IMG/VR virus record: IMGVR_UViG_3300037882_003354
Location: 186,001-250,000 of that record
Strand: one strand, 5' to 3'
DNA length: 64,000 bases
Shown: in pieces, positions 25,889 to 34,413 of the stretch
Layout of the letters: the number at the start of each line of letters is the position of its first letter
How positions within the stretch are numbered: position 1 is the first letter of the stretch
Made by a program: the position numbers and the translations under genes
Notes under the pieces: generated by a model
Told to the model about the DNA's origin: nothing
Database searches by the model: none
What the model saw: only the letters and a program-made list of their open reading frames with translations

Positions 25889-26086
25889 TTACTTGGCTGC
25901 CTTGGCCTCTTTACGAGCATTTTTTTCTGCTGTAATTTCGTTGCGACGAGCCTTGATCAATTTGCCCATTTCGGCCAGAGCCTTGCGAGCGCGAGCACCT
26001 GCTGCTGAATTGCCGCCGGTGAACTTTTCGTCCTCGGCTAAAAATTCATCAAAGTGCTTTTTTAATTCGGTTGCTGTTGATTCCAT
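25889..26086 (-). CDS. Small basic protein, histone H1-like Hc1 family
   Basis: EKFTGGNSAAGARARKALAEMGKLIKARRNEI matches the Hc1-type GNKAAxxRxRK core. SD AAGGA upstream. Confidence 0.7.
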   Translation of the reverse strand: MESTATELKKHFDEFLAEDEKFTGGNSAAGARARKALAEMGKLIKARRNEITAEKNARKEAKAAK

Positions 26087-26366
26087 ATTGTTCTTCCTTT
26101 TTTACTTTTCTATCAGCGACTTTTTTAGTCTTGACGGCTTGCGCCTCCAGTTTGCGTTGGTCCCTGCGAGCATTTGACACGCTGACAGTGGCCTCGGCCA
26201 GAGTTTTTTGCATTTTAGTCAGTCGACGCAATTCGCGACGAAGTATCACACCCGCCTCCACGGTGACATTTCCAACAAATAATTGATGTTGATTATGAAA
26301 ATCCACCATGTTTTCTACATACTGCATGTATAAATTCTGATATTTTTCCAGCTCATCTTTAAACAT
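26049..26366 (-). CDS. Hypothetical helical basic protein, possible diverged Hc1-like paralogue
   Basis: 105 aa; FVGNVTVEAGVILRRELRRLTKMQK aligns loosely with the neighbouring gene. Confidence 0.5.
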   Translation of the reverse strand: MFKDELEKYQNLYMQYVENMVDFHNQHQLFVGNVTVEAGVILRRELRRLTKMQKTLAEATVSVSNARRDQRKLEAQAVKTKKVADRKVKKEEQYGINSNRIKKAL

Positions 26367-26437
26367 AAATTACAATATTATTAGATATGTACATGTAAAT
26401 TTATCTTTTTCAGGCAAACATTCATCTTATTCTCGGA

Positions 26438-28216
26438 TCAGGCGTCTGCGTTTTGCTCGTATGTGGTAAATCCACCCTCTTTGATCACCCGTAACACATT
26501 GTTCACCCGACCCACCAGTTCGTCTCGATGGCTGATCAGGTATATGTTCTTGCTGCGCTCTCTGGCCATTTTTTTCAGCACAGAAAGCGAATTTTCAACA
26601 CCAGCGGCGTCCATACCAGAGTCAATCAGCTCGTCGATAAACAACAGGTTGATGCTCTGATATAGTCCCTCCCAGACATCTCTAAACGCAAAACTCATGG
26701 AGAGTATCAGTCGATTTCGCTCACCTCTGGACAGATTGTCAAAATCCAGGTCCTGCCCCAGTTGCGTGATCTCCACAGTCAGGTCATTCTGGAATATCAC
26801 TTTATGTGGCAGCCCCAGTTTGTCAATGTAATAGCCCAGGCGCTTGTTCAGATATGTCAAATTTTGATCGATGATCTTCTTGCGAATGAAACTGTCCTTG
26901 TTAGTCAGCAACTTGTATAAAAATTCCTGATGGTCTTTTAATTTGGTCTGTGTGTTGATCATGTCCCAGGAGATTTCCTGTATGGCAGTCTTGTTCAGTT
27001 CAACAATTTGCTCCTGATAGGGGTTGGCGTCATCAATTCTGGACAGCAGACTTTTTTCCAGACTGTCCACATTATTCTTGTGACCCAAGGCTGCTGCTTC
27101 AGTGTCATAGAATGTCACAGGCTTGCGCGGTTGTTGTCCAATTTCTTCTATGCTGGCGTTGATCAACGTCAGATCGTCGTTGACTTTCTTCTGATAGGTC
27201 AATGCATCTTCCAGATTCTTTTCTGACAACCGGGTCATTTGTTCGTGCTTGTGGTCATGCAACTCTTGTTCACATGCCGGACAACTTTTGTCCACCAATT
27301 TTTCCAACTCTTGGACATATTTGTTCACGGTCTTGTCAGCCTGACTCACTGCGGCCTCCAGTGTGGCTTTTTGTTTTCTCAGGTTGACCAGCCGGGTGTT
27401 ATTGTCATCCCAGACCTTGGTCTGAGCATGCAATTCCAGTTCATGGGCAATGTTGACATTTTCCAGAGCCATGATGGACTTGCTGAAACTTTCAATGTCG
27501 TTTTCCTTCTTGGATTCCCAGGCCGAACTCTTGATCTCCAGACTGCTGATGCTTTTTTGTACATTCTCGTTGGCTGCTTTGACGCCTTCGATTCTAAACT
27601 GTTCCACCTGTATGGCATCCTTGGCGTCTTTAATCTGCAATTTGAGTAATTCAGCCTTCTCACTCAGCATGGTGATGCCCAGCAACTGCTCGATGACCTC
27701 ACGTTGTTCGGCAGCCTTCATGGACAAGAATGGCTCGGTGTAAGTGTTCAGGGCCACCAGATGCTTGAACATGGTGTGACTCATGCCCAGCAACTGCTCA
27801 ATGGATTTTTGTGTCTCCCTGCTGTCACCCTGACTGTCGTCATCAACGTCATCAGACTTTATCTGTTGATTGTTCACATAAAACTTCAGCAGGTTGGGTT
27901 TGCGACCACGTTCGATACGATACTTGGTGCCAGCCTTTTCAAACTCCACAGTGACCAGCATGGCCTTGCCGTTGATCTTGTTGATCAGGTTTTCTTTGCG
28001 TATGTTGGTCAGAGCCTGCCCATACAATGCATAACTCAATGCATTGATCAGGGTGCTCTTGCCAGTTCCGTTTCTGCTGCCAGTGTCATCTCCGCCCAGA
28101 TCAATGTTGGAGCCCAACACCAGTGTCAATGGAGCCTGATCAAAAACCACAGCCTGGGAAACATTGCCCACGGACAAGAAATTTTTCACACAGATGTTCT
28201 GTATACGAAATGTCAT
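26438..28216 (-). CDS. gp46: Recombination ATPase gp46 (Rad50/SbcC-like)
   Basis: Walker A RNGTGKST, zinc hook CPAC, signature LSRGE, Walker B LLFIDE, and LISH. Confidence 0.95.
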   Translation of the reverse strand: MTFRIQNICVKNFLSVGNVSQAVVFDQAPLTLVLGSNIDLGGDDTGSRNGTGKSTLINALSYALYGQALTNIRKENLINKINGKAMLVTVEFEKAGTKYRIERGRKPNLLKFYVNNQQIKSDDVDDDSQGDSRETQKSIEQLLGMSHTMFKHLVALNTYTEPFLSMKAAEQREVIEQLLGITMLSEKAELLKLQIKDAKDAIQVEQFRIEGVKAANENVQKSISSLEIKSSAWESKKENDIESFSKSIMALENVNIAHELELHAQTKVWDDNNTRLVNLRKQKATLEAAVSQADKTVNKYVQELEKLVDKSCPACEQELHDHKHEQMTRLSEKNLEDALTYQKKVNDDLTLINASIEEIGQQPRKPVTFYDTEAAALGHKNNVDSLEKSLLSRIDDANPYQEQIVELNKTAIQEISWDMINTQTKLKDHQEFLYKLLTNKDSFIRKKIIDQNLTYLNKRLGYYIDKLGLPHKVIFQNDLTVEITQLGQDLDFDNLSRGERNRLILSMSFAFRDVWEGLYQSINLLFIDELIDSGMDAAGVENSLSVLKKMARERSKNIYLISHRDELVGRVNNVLRVIKEGGFTTYEQNADA

Positions 28217-29226
28217 AGGTTGTTATAAATTGCTAACAGGGTGTTGCGATCAAATTGTTCAGATTCCACATTGATCAACTCTTGGCTGACAATTTGATCA
28301 ATACTTTCAAATTTGGCGTCAGGGTTGTCTTCTATGGTGCCGTCCAGATTGGTTTTATCTTGAATCAGGCTAATCTCACGGATGTCATAATCAGCAACAA
28401 ATGTTTCCTTGATGAAGTTTGCTTCTTCATAACTGATGTCAATGTCAAGATTGACCTTGAGATACATTTTACTTTTCATGATGGCATCTTTACCATCAAT
28501 CAGATCACTGAGTTTGACAGTTCTGTACTTGGGTGCATCCTGCCAATTGATGAACTCAGGCTCACCACCCCACTCCAAGGTCATCATGCCACGGTCATCG
28601 TCCCAGGCATCTGCAAAGTTGTGCGGGAAGGCGTTGCCAATATACCAAATCTTGCCCTGATTTTGACGTTTGTGAAAGTGGCCGCTGAACACATAATCTT
28701 GATGTTGGAAGTGACTGGGCTGTAGTTCACCATGATCCGGCATCTGTATCATGGCGTTCATGTAGAACAAGGGCAGTTCGAAATGCCCAAACATGTACTT
28801 GCTCTTGACCGAGCTGATGTCGCGCCATTCGTCGCCCACCAACCAGGGCACCAGTGTGACATCCCGGATGGTGGTCACATTCTCGATTACAGTGACACCG
28901 GGAATATGCCGGCCAAATGATGAACTGTGGATGTCACGTTTGTCCTTGTAGAATAGATCGTGATTGCCTGGGAACCAGAAGAATTGTTCAAATGCAGCAC
29001 CCAGTTTTTCCAGACATCTGATGCTGGAGTCCAGGGTGAATAGATTCACATTGTTACGATTATGATTCCAATCACCCATGCAAATGGCGGTCTCGCAACC
29101 TGCTGCCTGTGCTTGCTGGATAAACCAGTCTACAAATTCTTCACAGTCCTTGAGATGCGTGGGACTGTTGGACTTTAGACCAAAATGAATGTCAGTCATG
29201 CAAGCAACTTTTTTAAACAAGGTCAT
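28213..29226 (-). CDS. gp47: Recombination nuclease gp47 (Mre11/SbcD-like; likely start MTLFKKVAC)
   Basis: Metallophosphoesterase motifs TDIHFG, GDWNH, GNHD, GHFE and SGHFH. SD GGAGG precedes ATG 29226. Confidence 0.95.
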   Translation of the reverse strand: MTLFKKVACMTDIHFGLKSNSPTHLKDCEEFVDWFIQQAQAAGCETAICMGDWNHNRNNVNLFTLDSSIRCLEKLGAAFEQFFWFPGNHDLFYKDKRDIHSSSFGRHIPGVTVIENVTTIRDVTLVPWLVGDEWRDISSVKSKYMFGHFELPLFYMNAMIQMPDHGELQPSHFQHQDYVFSGHFHKRQNQGKIWYIGNAFPHNFADAWDDDRGMMTLEWGGEPEFINWQDAPKYRTVKLSDLIDGKDAIMKSKMYLKVNLDIDISYEEANFIKETFVADYDIREISLIQDKTNLDGTIEDNPDAKFESIDQIVSQELINVESEQFDRNTLLAIYNNL

Positions 29227-29245
29227 ATAACCCCTCCTGTTTAAG

Positions 29246-29274
29246 AGTGTAGCAGCACACAATTACAAAGTCAA
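29246..29274 (-). promoter_or_regulatory. Sigma70-type promoter for the gp47 operon
   Basis: TTGACT-N17-TACACT with an extended -10 TG. Confidence 0.7.
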
Positions 29275-30182
29275 GGTTCTAGTTCCTCTTCATCCTCGGC
29301 AACGTCTTCGCTCTTGGGCATTCTCATGTTCTTGTACAGCTCAGCCTGGCGGGCAATTTCTCCAGAATATTCTTGCTGGTTCTGTCGTGTCAGGCTGGGG
29401 GTTAATCCAGCCTCCACCAGCAGGTCGTCTCGAATGTTCTGACCTTTCTTTTCTTCATTTAATATCCTGGTGAAGGAATTGGTCACTGCCGCGGTATAGT
29501 AGGCAAAGGGATTTTCACTCTTCATCTCATCAAACTTTAACCCAATATGACTGAGTTGTAGTATTGCCTGCCCTTTCATTTCATCAACATATGTGTATCC
29601 GCGCCAGTTGCTACGCTGTGCATATCTTTCGCTGAGTTTGATGAACATCCTGCCCAGATTTTCAGTGATGCGCCCATGATCTGTGGAAAACTCACCAGAT
29701 TCCAAATCGCCAATCCAGTGGCTTTTACCCACACAGATCAAACCATCCTCCTCATATTTCCAGTGCTGGAAGGGTGGGAAGTTGACCTTGGCATGCGAAT
29801 CGGCGGTGGTCCTGGTGGTTTTCTTTCGACCTGGCGCCAAGGGCACATGATCGAACGACATTATTCTTATGATGACATCGGTCTTTTGTATGGTCTTGTA
29901 GTCTGGCAGACATTCTGCTAGTTTGATTTTACGGTCACCGGCTGCTCTAGCGGCATTAAACGCTTGCAGGCCCAGTCTCTTGGCTCTATTGCGTTTGGCT
30001 TCAGCCACGGTGCGTATGTTTATCTTGTCTATATCAGCCAGAATAATGTCATATTGGTGATATTCTGGCTGAGCAAACGTGGAGTATGAGCATTTACTAC
30101 GGTGTATCTCTGCCAATAGGTCTCGATTATTTAGGTATTTGACCTTACGGGTCGTTGGTGCAAGTGGTGGTATGGTGGTCAT
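29271..30182 (-). CDS. gp55: Late-transcription sigma factor, T4 gp55 family
   Basis: YLNNRDLLAEI, NWRGYTYVDEM, KFDEMKSENPFAYYT and FTRILNEEKK match the gp55 pattern. Confidence 0.85.
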   Translation of the reverse strand: MTTIPPLAPTTRKVKYLNNRDLLAEIHRSKCSYSTFAQPEYHQYDIILADIDKINIRTVAEAKRNRAKRLGLQAFNAARAAGDRKIKLAECLPDYKTIQKTDVIIRIMSFDHVPLAPGRKKTTRTTADSHAKVNFPPFQHWKYEEDGLICVGKSHWIGDLESGEFSTDHGRITENLGRMFIKLSERYAQRSNWRGYTYVDEMKGQAILQLSHIGLKFDEMKSENPFAYYTAAVTNSFTRILNEEKKGQNIRDDLLVEAGLTPSLTRQNQQEYSGEIARQAELYKNMRMPKSEDVAEDEEELEP

Positions 30183-30210
30183 TTTGTTATTATTATTTCC
30201 TTATATGCTA

Positions 30211-30238
30211 AGTGTAACATGAAAACAACTAACGTCAA
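30211..30238 (-). promoter_or_regulatory. Sigma70-type promoter for gp55
   Basis: TTGACG-N16-TACACT with an extended -10 TG; same -10 hexamer as the gp47 promoter. Confidence 0.6.
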
Positions 30239-30267
30239 CCAAAATAAGTTAGCAGTTTATTTATTGC

Positions 30268-30273
30268 TAAATA
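30268..30273 (+). promoter_or_regulatory. Putative late promoter TAAATA for the baseplate operon
   Basis: GCTAAATACAG followed by SD GGGGGA and ATG 30291. Confidence 0.6.
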
Positions 30274-30290
30274 CAGTACAGGGGGATCTT

Positions 30291-31034
30291 ATGTCTTTTT
30301 CAATTTTGGATGTGGCCACAAGAATGGCGATGGGCAAACTTTTTGGTGCCCAGCCTCAAAAACCGCCTGCGGCGAAGCCCATTATTGTGGATGCGCAAGG
30401 CACCATTAACAAGGAAGACTTGCGTGTGAAAATCAGGGTTCCGGCTTCGTACCTGGTGAATTTGACCCAGGGAGACCCAAAGCAGCCATTGGGCATCATG
30501 CGGTCAATTATTTTTCCATACACCCCTAACATATCGTTTGATTACAAGGCAGATTATACGCCTCAGCAGCCGCTGCACTCTAATTTTACATTAAATTTTT
30601 ATAAAAGCAGTTCAGTAACGCCCATCAGCATCACGGGAAAATTCACCGTACAAAATGATGCTGACGCTGAGGTGTACCTGGGAACCTTGCATTTATTGCG
30701 TGCTTTGACCAAGATGCGTACTGGTGGTCCAACTGGCGACAAGAACAGCGGAGCCCCGCCACCCATTTGCCGGCTGGATGCATACGGTGACTTCATGATG
30801 GCCAATGTGCCTGTGGCAATTGGTGGGTTCAAAGTGGAATTACCAGAAGGTGTAGATTACTTTACCTCGGGCACAGGTGTTAATAATAGGTCTCCCTATG
30901 GTCAAGCATTTGTTCCCACAGTTTCCACTATATCAATCACCTGTATACCCATGTACAGCAGAGAGGAAATGCAAAAATTTTCAGTTACCGGCTGGCTCAA
31001 TGACCGGGCTGTTAGGATGTCTGGAATATTATAA
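30291..31034 (+). CDS. Baseplate tail-tube initiator-like protein (gp48/gp54-like; likely start MSFSILD)
   Basis: IIFPYTPNIS, ISITGKFTVQ and GAPPPICRLDAYG. First gene of the baseplate cluster, ahead of the gp53-like gene. Confidence 0.6.
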   Translation: MSFSILDVATRMAMGKLFGAQPQKPPAAKPIIVDAQGTINKEDLRVKIRVPASYLVNLTQGDPKQPLGIMRSIIFPYTPNISFDYKADYTPQQPLHSNFTLNFYKSSSVTPISITGKFTVQNDADAEVYLGTLHLLRALTKMRTGGPTGDKNSGAPPPICRLDAYGDFMMANVPVAIGGFKVELPEGVDYFTSGTGVNNRSPYGQAFVPTVSTISITCIPMYSREEMQKFSVTGWLNDRAVRMSGIL

Positions 31035-31333
31035 TGGCCACATACACCAACACCAGTCCGTATTACACCACAGATCAGTCCAGCGGATATCTTGATGTAG
31101 TTGCATTCAGGGATATTCCTGCAGAAACAGACGACATACTGTTTGAGGTGACCAGCACTTATGAAAACAGGCCCGATCTACTGGCCCATGATTTATACAA
31201 TGACAGTCGACTGTGGTGGGTATTTGCGGTGAGGAATCCCAGCAAGCTCAAAGATCCAGTCTATAACCTGGTGGCCGGCACTAGGATATACCTGCCCAAG
31301 ATCAACACCATCAAGAAAGCATTGGGAATTTAA
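31034..31333 (+). CDS. gp53: Baseplate wedge protein gp53-like (LysM-like)
   Basis: ENRPDLLAHDLYNDSRLWWVFAVRN...L.AGTRIYLP. Confidence 0.8.
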   Translation: MATYTNTSPYYTTDQSSGYLDVVAFRDIPAETDDILFEVTSTYENRPDLLAHDLYNDSRLWWVFAVRNPSKLKDPVYNLVAGTRIYLPKINTIKKALGI

Positions 31334-31334
31334 T

Positions 31335-34300
31335 ATGGCGGGGTTTAATGCCAGCACACAGGGAATACCCAAGAGCGAACGAGATAAGTTAAATGGCGTT
31401 TATTCTTCGGATATAACGATTAAAAATCCCAAAATTGAGCCGGTGGTAATCACTCCCATAGTACAGGCACCCCCTAGTCCAGCATCCACCAGTAATGTAT
31501 TGAACAAATATAGATCTGTTTCCTACAAGTTCACACTGGCAGCGTTGAGTTCTTATGGGGTCAATGATCCCAACTCTTACAGAGCCAGTACATTGGATTT
31601 TGTCATATTACAATCCGGTGGTAAAGGGACCAATGGTACAAACTCAACAAAGTTACAGGTGGACAAAAGAGCCAACGCAGAAACATCATTTGACGAGCAA
31701 ATGAATGCAATAAATGAACGTGCATCACAACGAGATAATGACGTAACCAAGGAAATCATACAGGGATTCAATAAAAATAGCCCCGGTAGGTTTGACATGT
31801 TTATTGACCATGTGGAAATTGAAACACTCATGGCATTTAACACTGATGGTGGTGTGACATTGCCAACCTCCATCAAGTTTGAAGTCAACGAACCCTACAG
31901 CATAAATGGGTTCATAGAAGCTCTGCATGTGAATGCAATTGCAGCAGGGTACCTGTCGTATACACAAGCCAGTTTTTTACTCAAAATGGAATTTATTGGG
32001 TATCCTGATGATGTGGCATTGCCGGATCCGGAACCGGTTGCCAATTCCACTCGTTATTTTGTATTTGGGTTTACTGGTCTAGAAGTTTCTGTCACAGAAC
32101 GTGGCACCCGATACATGTGTTCAGCAGTGCCATTTAACGAGCGAGCATATGGACAGCCCAATGTTTTAAAAAATTCCATAACAGCCACGGGCGATACTGT
32201 GGGGGCATCACTGACTGATTTTTTTAAACAACTGAATGCGCAAATCGAAAAATCGGATTTGGCCACCAGGGTGCGGTCAAACTCCCACAACAAGTACGAT
32301 ATAAAATTTCAAACGTGGGACGAACAAACTGGATTTAGTTTTACCAACCAACCCGACTCCAAAATATACAAGTCTCCCATTGTAAACAGGGACACTGGCG
32401 GCGAAAAGCCTGCCATGCCGGATCCGCAGACCACCAACATGTCCAATGCCACTCGTGTGGAGAACAAACCAGCCTCGTCTCAGACTTCTGCAGCACAGGC
32501 ATCAGCCGAGTCCAGGGGGTCTAGGAATACCATAAAATCATCACCCACTATCAATTTTGAAGCCGGGGTCAACATTCATGATTGTATCACTTCAATAATT
32601 CGTGACAGCGAGTATGTGATCAACATATTGCGGACACTGGGGCAAACCAACAACCCTGACAAATTTGGCATGGTTGATTATTTCATGGTCAAATTAGAGG
32701 TCACCAATCAAAACATCATAGATGACCTTTCCAAGGAGCCTTATAAGAATTATACATATGTGGTGGCCCCTTATCGCATGCATTACACTCGGATTCCCAA
32801 TTACGGCTCCATGATCAAAGACACAGCCGGTCTGTTGCCCATTGCCAGGCGCACTTACAATTACATATACACTGGCCAAAACATAGACGTACTAGATTTT
32901 AAATTAAACTTCAACACTTTGTTTTTTGAAGCCATACCTTCTGGCATGGGGGCAAATTCCAATCCAAGTGTCAAGGACGGTGCCGCACCGGCCAAGAATA
33001 TTGAAACACAACGGACCACACAGGACACTACACCGTCGCTGCTCAGTGAAAACCCACAGGCGCGATCACTTGTGGATCCATCGCTCACCATGGGTGCTGG
33101 CATCAGGGGCAACCAGCCGCAAAGTTCTGATCCTTATGCTGTTTTGGCTTCCGGCATGCATAATGCAATAGTTGATTCCAAGGCCAGCATGTTGACTGGT
33201 AGCATTAGTATATTGGGCGATCCTTTTTACCTTTCCACTGGTGGGATTGGCAACTACAATCCTAAACCTGGAGTGCGTGGTGAAACACAGGACGGCGAAG
33301 CAGATCAAAACTTCAGTGAAGTGCTGATCAATATTAATTTTAGAAATCCTGTGGACATTGGTGATGATGGTTTCTTAAAATTCAGGGACGGCCTGGTACC
33401 GTTCAGTGGAATCTATCGAGTGCTCAAAGTGGTCAGCAATTTTAAAGATGGAGTATTCAAGCAGGAATTGGAGATTGTTCGAGTGCCAGGAAACATTGGC
33501 AACTCTTTGACCAAAACTGACATTCAAAATCAGACGGTGTCCGCGCCCAAGCCTGAGGATACTGGTGCCACTGATACATCCAGGGCAGTGGAAGTGGTCA
33601 GTTCATCTGGCACCAGTGGGTCAGGATTTAGACCATCAGCCGGATCATTACTCAGCCTGTTGTCCAGGGGACTGCCCAGCGTTGGGCTGCCAGGGTCGCT
33701 GAGTAATTTCACCGCCGCTCTTGGGGGATTGGGTGGATCTGCACAGAGTTTATTGACGCAGGCATCAGGCGCAGTCACCAACGGTATAGGAAATTTGACG
33801 TCATCGGTGACTGGACTCGGCAGCAACCTATCCAGTAGTTTCGGTGGATCTGCACAGAGTTTATTGACGCAGGCATCAGGCGCAGTCACCACCGGGGTGG
33901 GAAATCTTTCATCAGCAGTGGGCGCATTTGGATCCAGCATTCCAGGAGGTCTTGCACAATCTGCGTCGGGCTTGCGGTTGTCCGCCCAGGGATTGGGATT
34001 GACTTCGACGGACCCAGCCACTGTGGCTGCTGGTTTTGGCATTAACGCATCACAAATTTCAGGATTATCCGAAAACTTAGAAAGTAAAGCCATTTCACAA
34101 TTGGCCAGTCTCAATCGGAACATTCCTGTTGACACCAACATCGGTGTGGCCCTGGATCAAGGTGTAATTTTTGACAATCTAAACAAATACAACTTGAGTA
34201 ATTTACCGGCCACGCCGCCATTTTCAACTGCCCCAGCCGCCGCCCTGGATCCTGCTTATAAAACAGTAGCATCAAGTGGCAATCTACTGAATACCAATTT

Positions 34301-34412
34301 AACAAATAATGCGACGTCGTTGTCGCCCAACTTTAACTCCTCACAATTTTCTCTGTCATCTGATCCTATATCACGAAAAAGACTGGGACTCCCAGCAATA
34401 ACCAAAATATAA
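31335..34412 (+). CDS. Probable baseplate hub protein (gp27-like) with a Ser/Gly-rich C-terminal tail
   Basis: Located between gp53 and gp5. ISILGDPFYL and FSGIYRVLKVVSNFKDGVFKQELEIVR are typical of hub C-terminal barrels. Confidence 0.6.
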   Translation: MAGFNASTQGIPKSERDKLNGVYSSDITIKNPKIEPVVITPIVQAPPSPASTSNVLNKYRSVSYKFTLAALSSYGVNDPNSYRASTLDFVILQSGGKGTNGTNSTKLQVDKRANAETSFDEQMNAINERASQRDNDVTKEIIQGFNKNSPGRFDMFIDHVEIETLMAFNTDGGVTLPTSIKFEVNEPYSINGFIEALHVNAIAAGYLSYTQASFLLKMEFIGYPDDVALPDPEPVANSTRYFVFGFTGLEVSVTERGTRYMCSAVPFNERAYGQPNVLKNSITATGDTVGASLTDFFKQLNAQIEKSDLATRVRSNSHNKYDIKFQTWDEQTGFSFTNQPDSKIYKSPIVNRDTGGEKPAMPDPQTTNMSNATRVENKPASSQTSAAQASAESRGSRNTIKSSPTINFEAGVNIHDCITSIIRDSEYVINILRTLGQTNNPDKFGMVDYFMVKLEVTNQNIIDDLSKEPYKNYTYVVAPYRMHYTRIPNYGSMIKDTAGLLPIARRTYNYIYTGQNIDVLDFKLNFNTLFFEAIPSGMGANSNPSVKDGAAPAKNIETQRTTQDTTPSLLSENPQARSLVDPSLTMGAGIRGNQPQSSDPYAVLASGMHNAIVDSKASMLTGSISILGDPFYLSTGGIGNYNPKPGVRGETQDGEADQNFSEVLININFRNPVDIGDDGFLKFRDGLVPFSGIYRVLKVVSNFKDGVFKQELEIVRVPGNIGNSLTKTDIQNQTVSAPKPEDTGATDTSRAVEVVSSSGTSGSGFRPSAGSLLSLLSRGLPSVGLPGSLSNFTAALGGLGGSAQSLLTQASGAVTNGIGNLTSSVTGLGSNLSSSFGGSAQSLLTQASGAVTTGVGNLSSAVGAFGSSIPGGLAQSASGLRLSAQGLGLTSTDPATVAAGFGINASQISGLSENLESKAISQLASLNRNIPVDTNIGVALDQGVIFDNLNKYNLSNLPATPPFSTAPAAALDPAYKTVASSGNLLNTNLTNNATSLSPNFNSSQFSLSSDPISRKRLGLPAITKI
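33732..33891 (+). repeat. Exact 49-bp direct repeat, in frame, with a 111-bp period
   Basis: GGTGGATCTGCACAGAGTTTATTGACGCAGGCATCAGGCGCAGTCACCA at 33732-33780 and 33843-33891. Confidence 0.9.
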
Positions 34413-34413
34413 C

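Noticed and set aside
33732-33891. Template/variable repeat pair of a diversity-generating retroelement
   Set aside because: The copies are identical, in frame within one gene, and show no adenine-specific differences. No reverse transcriptase is present in the window.
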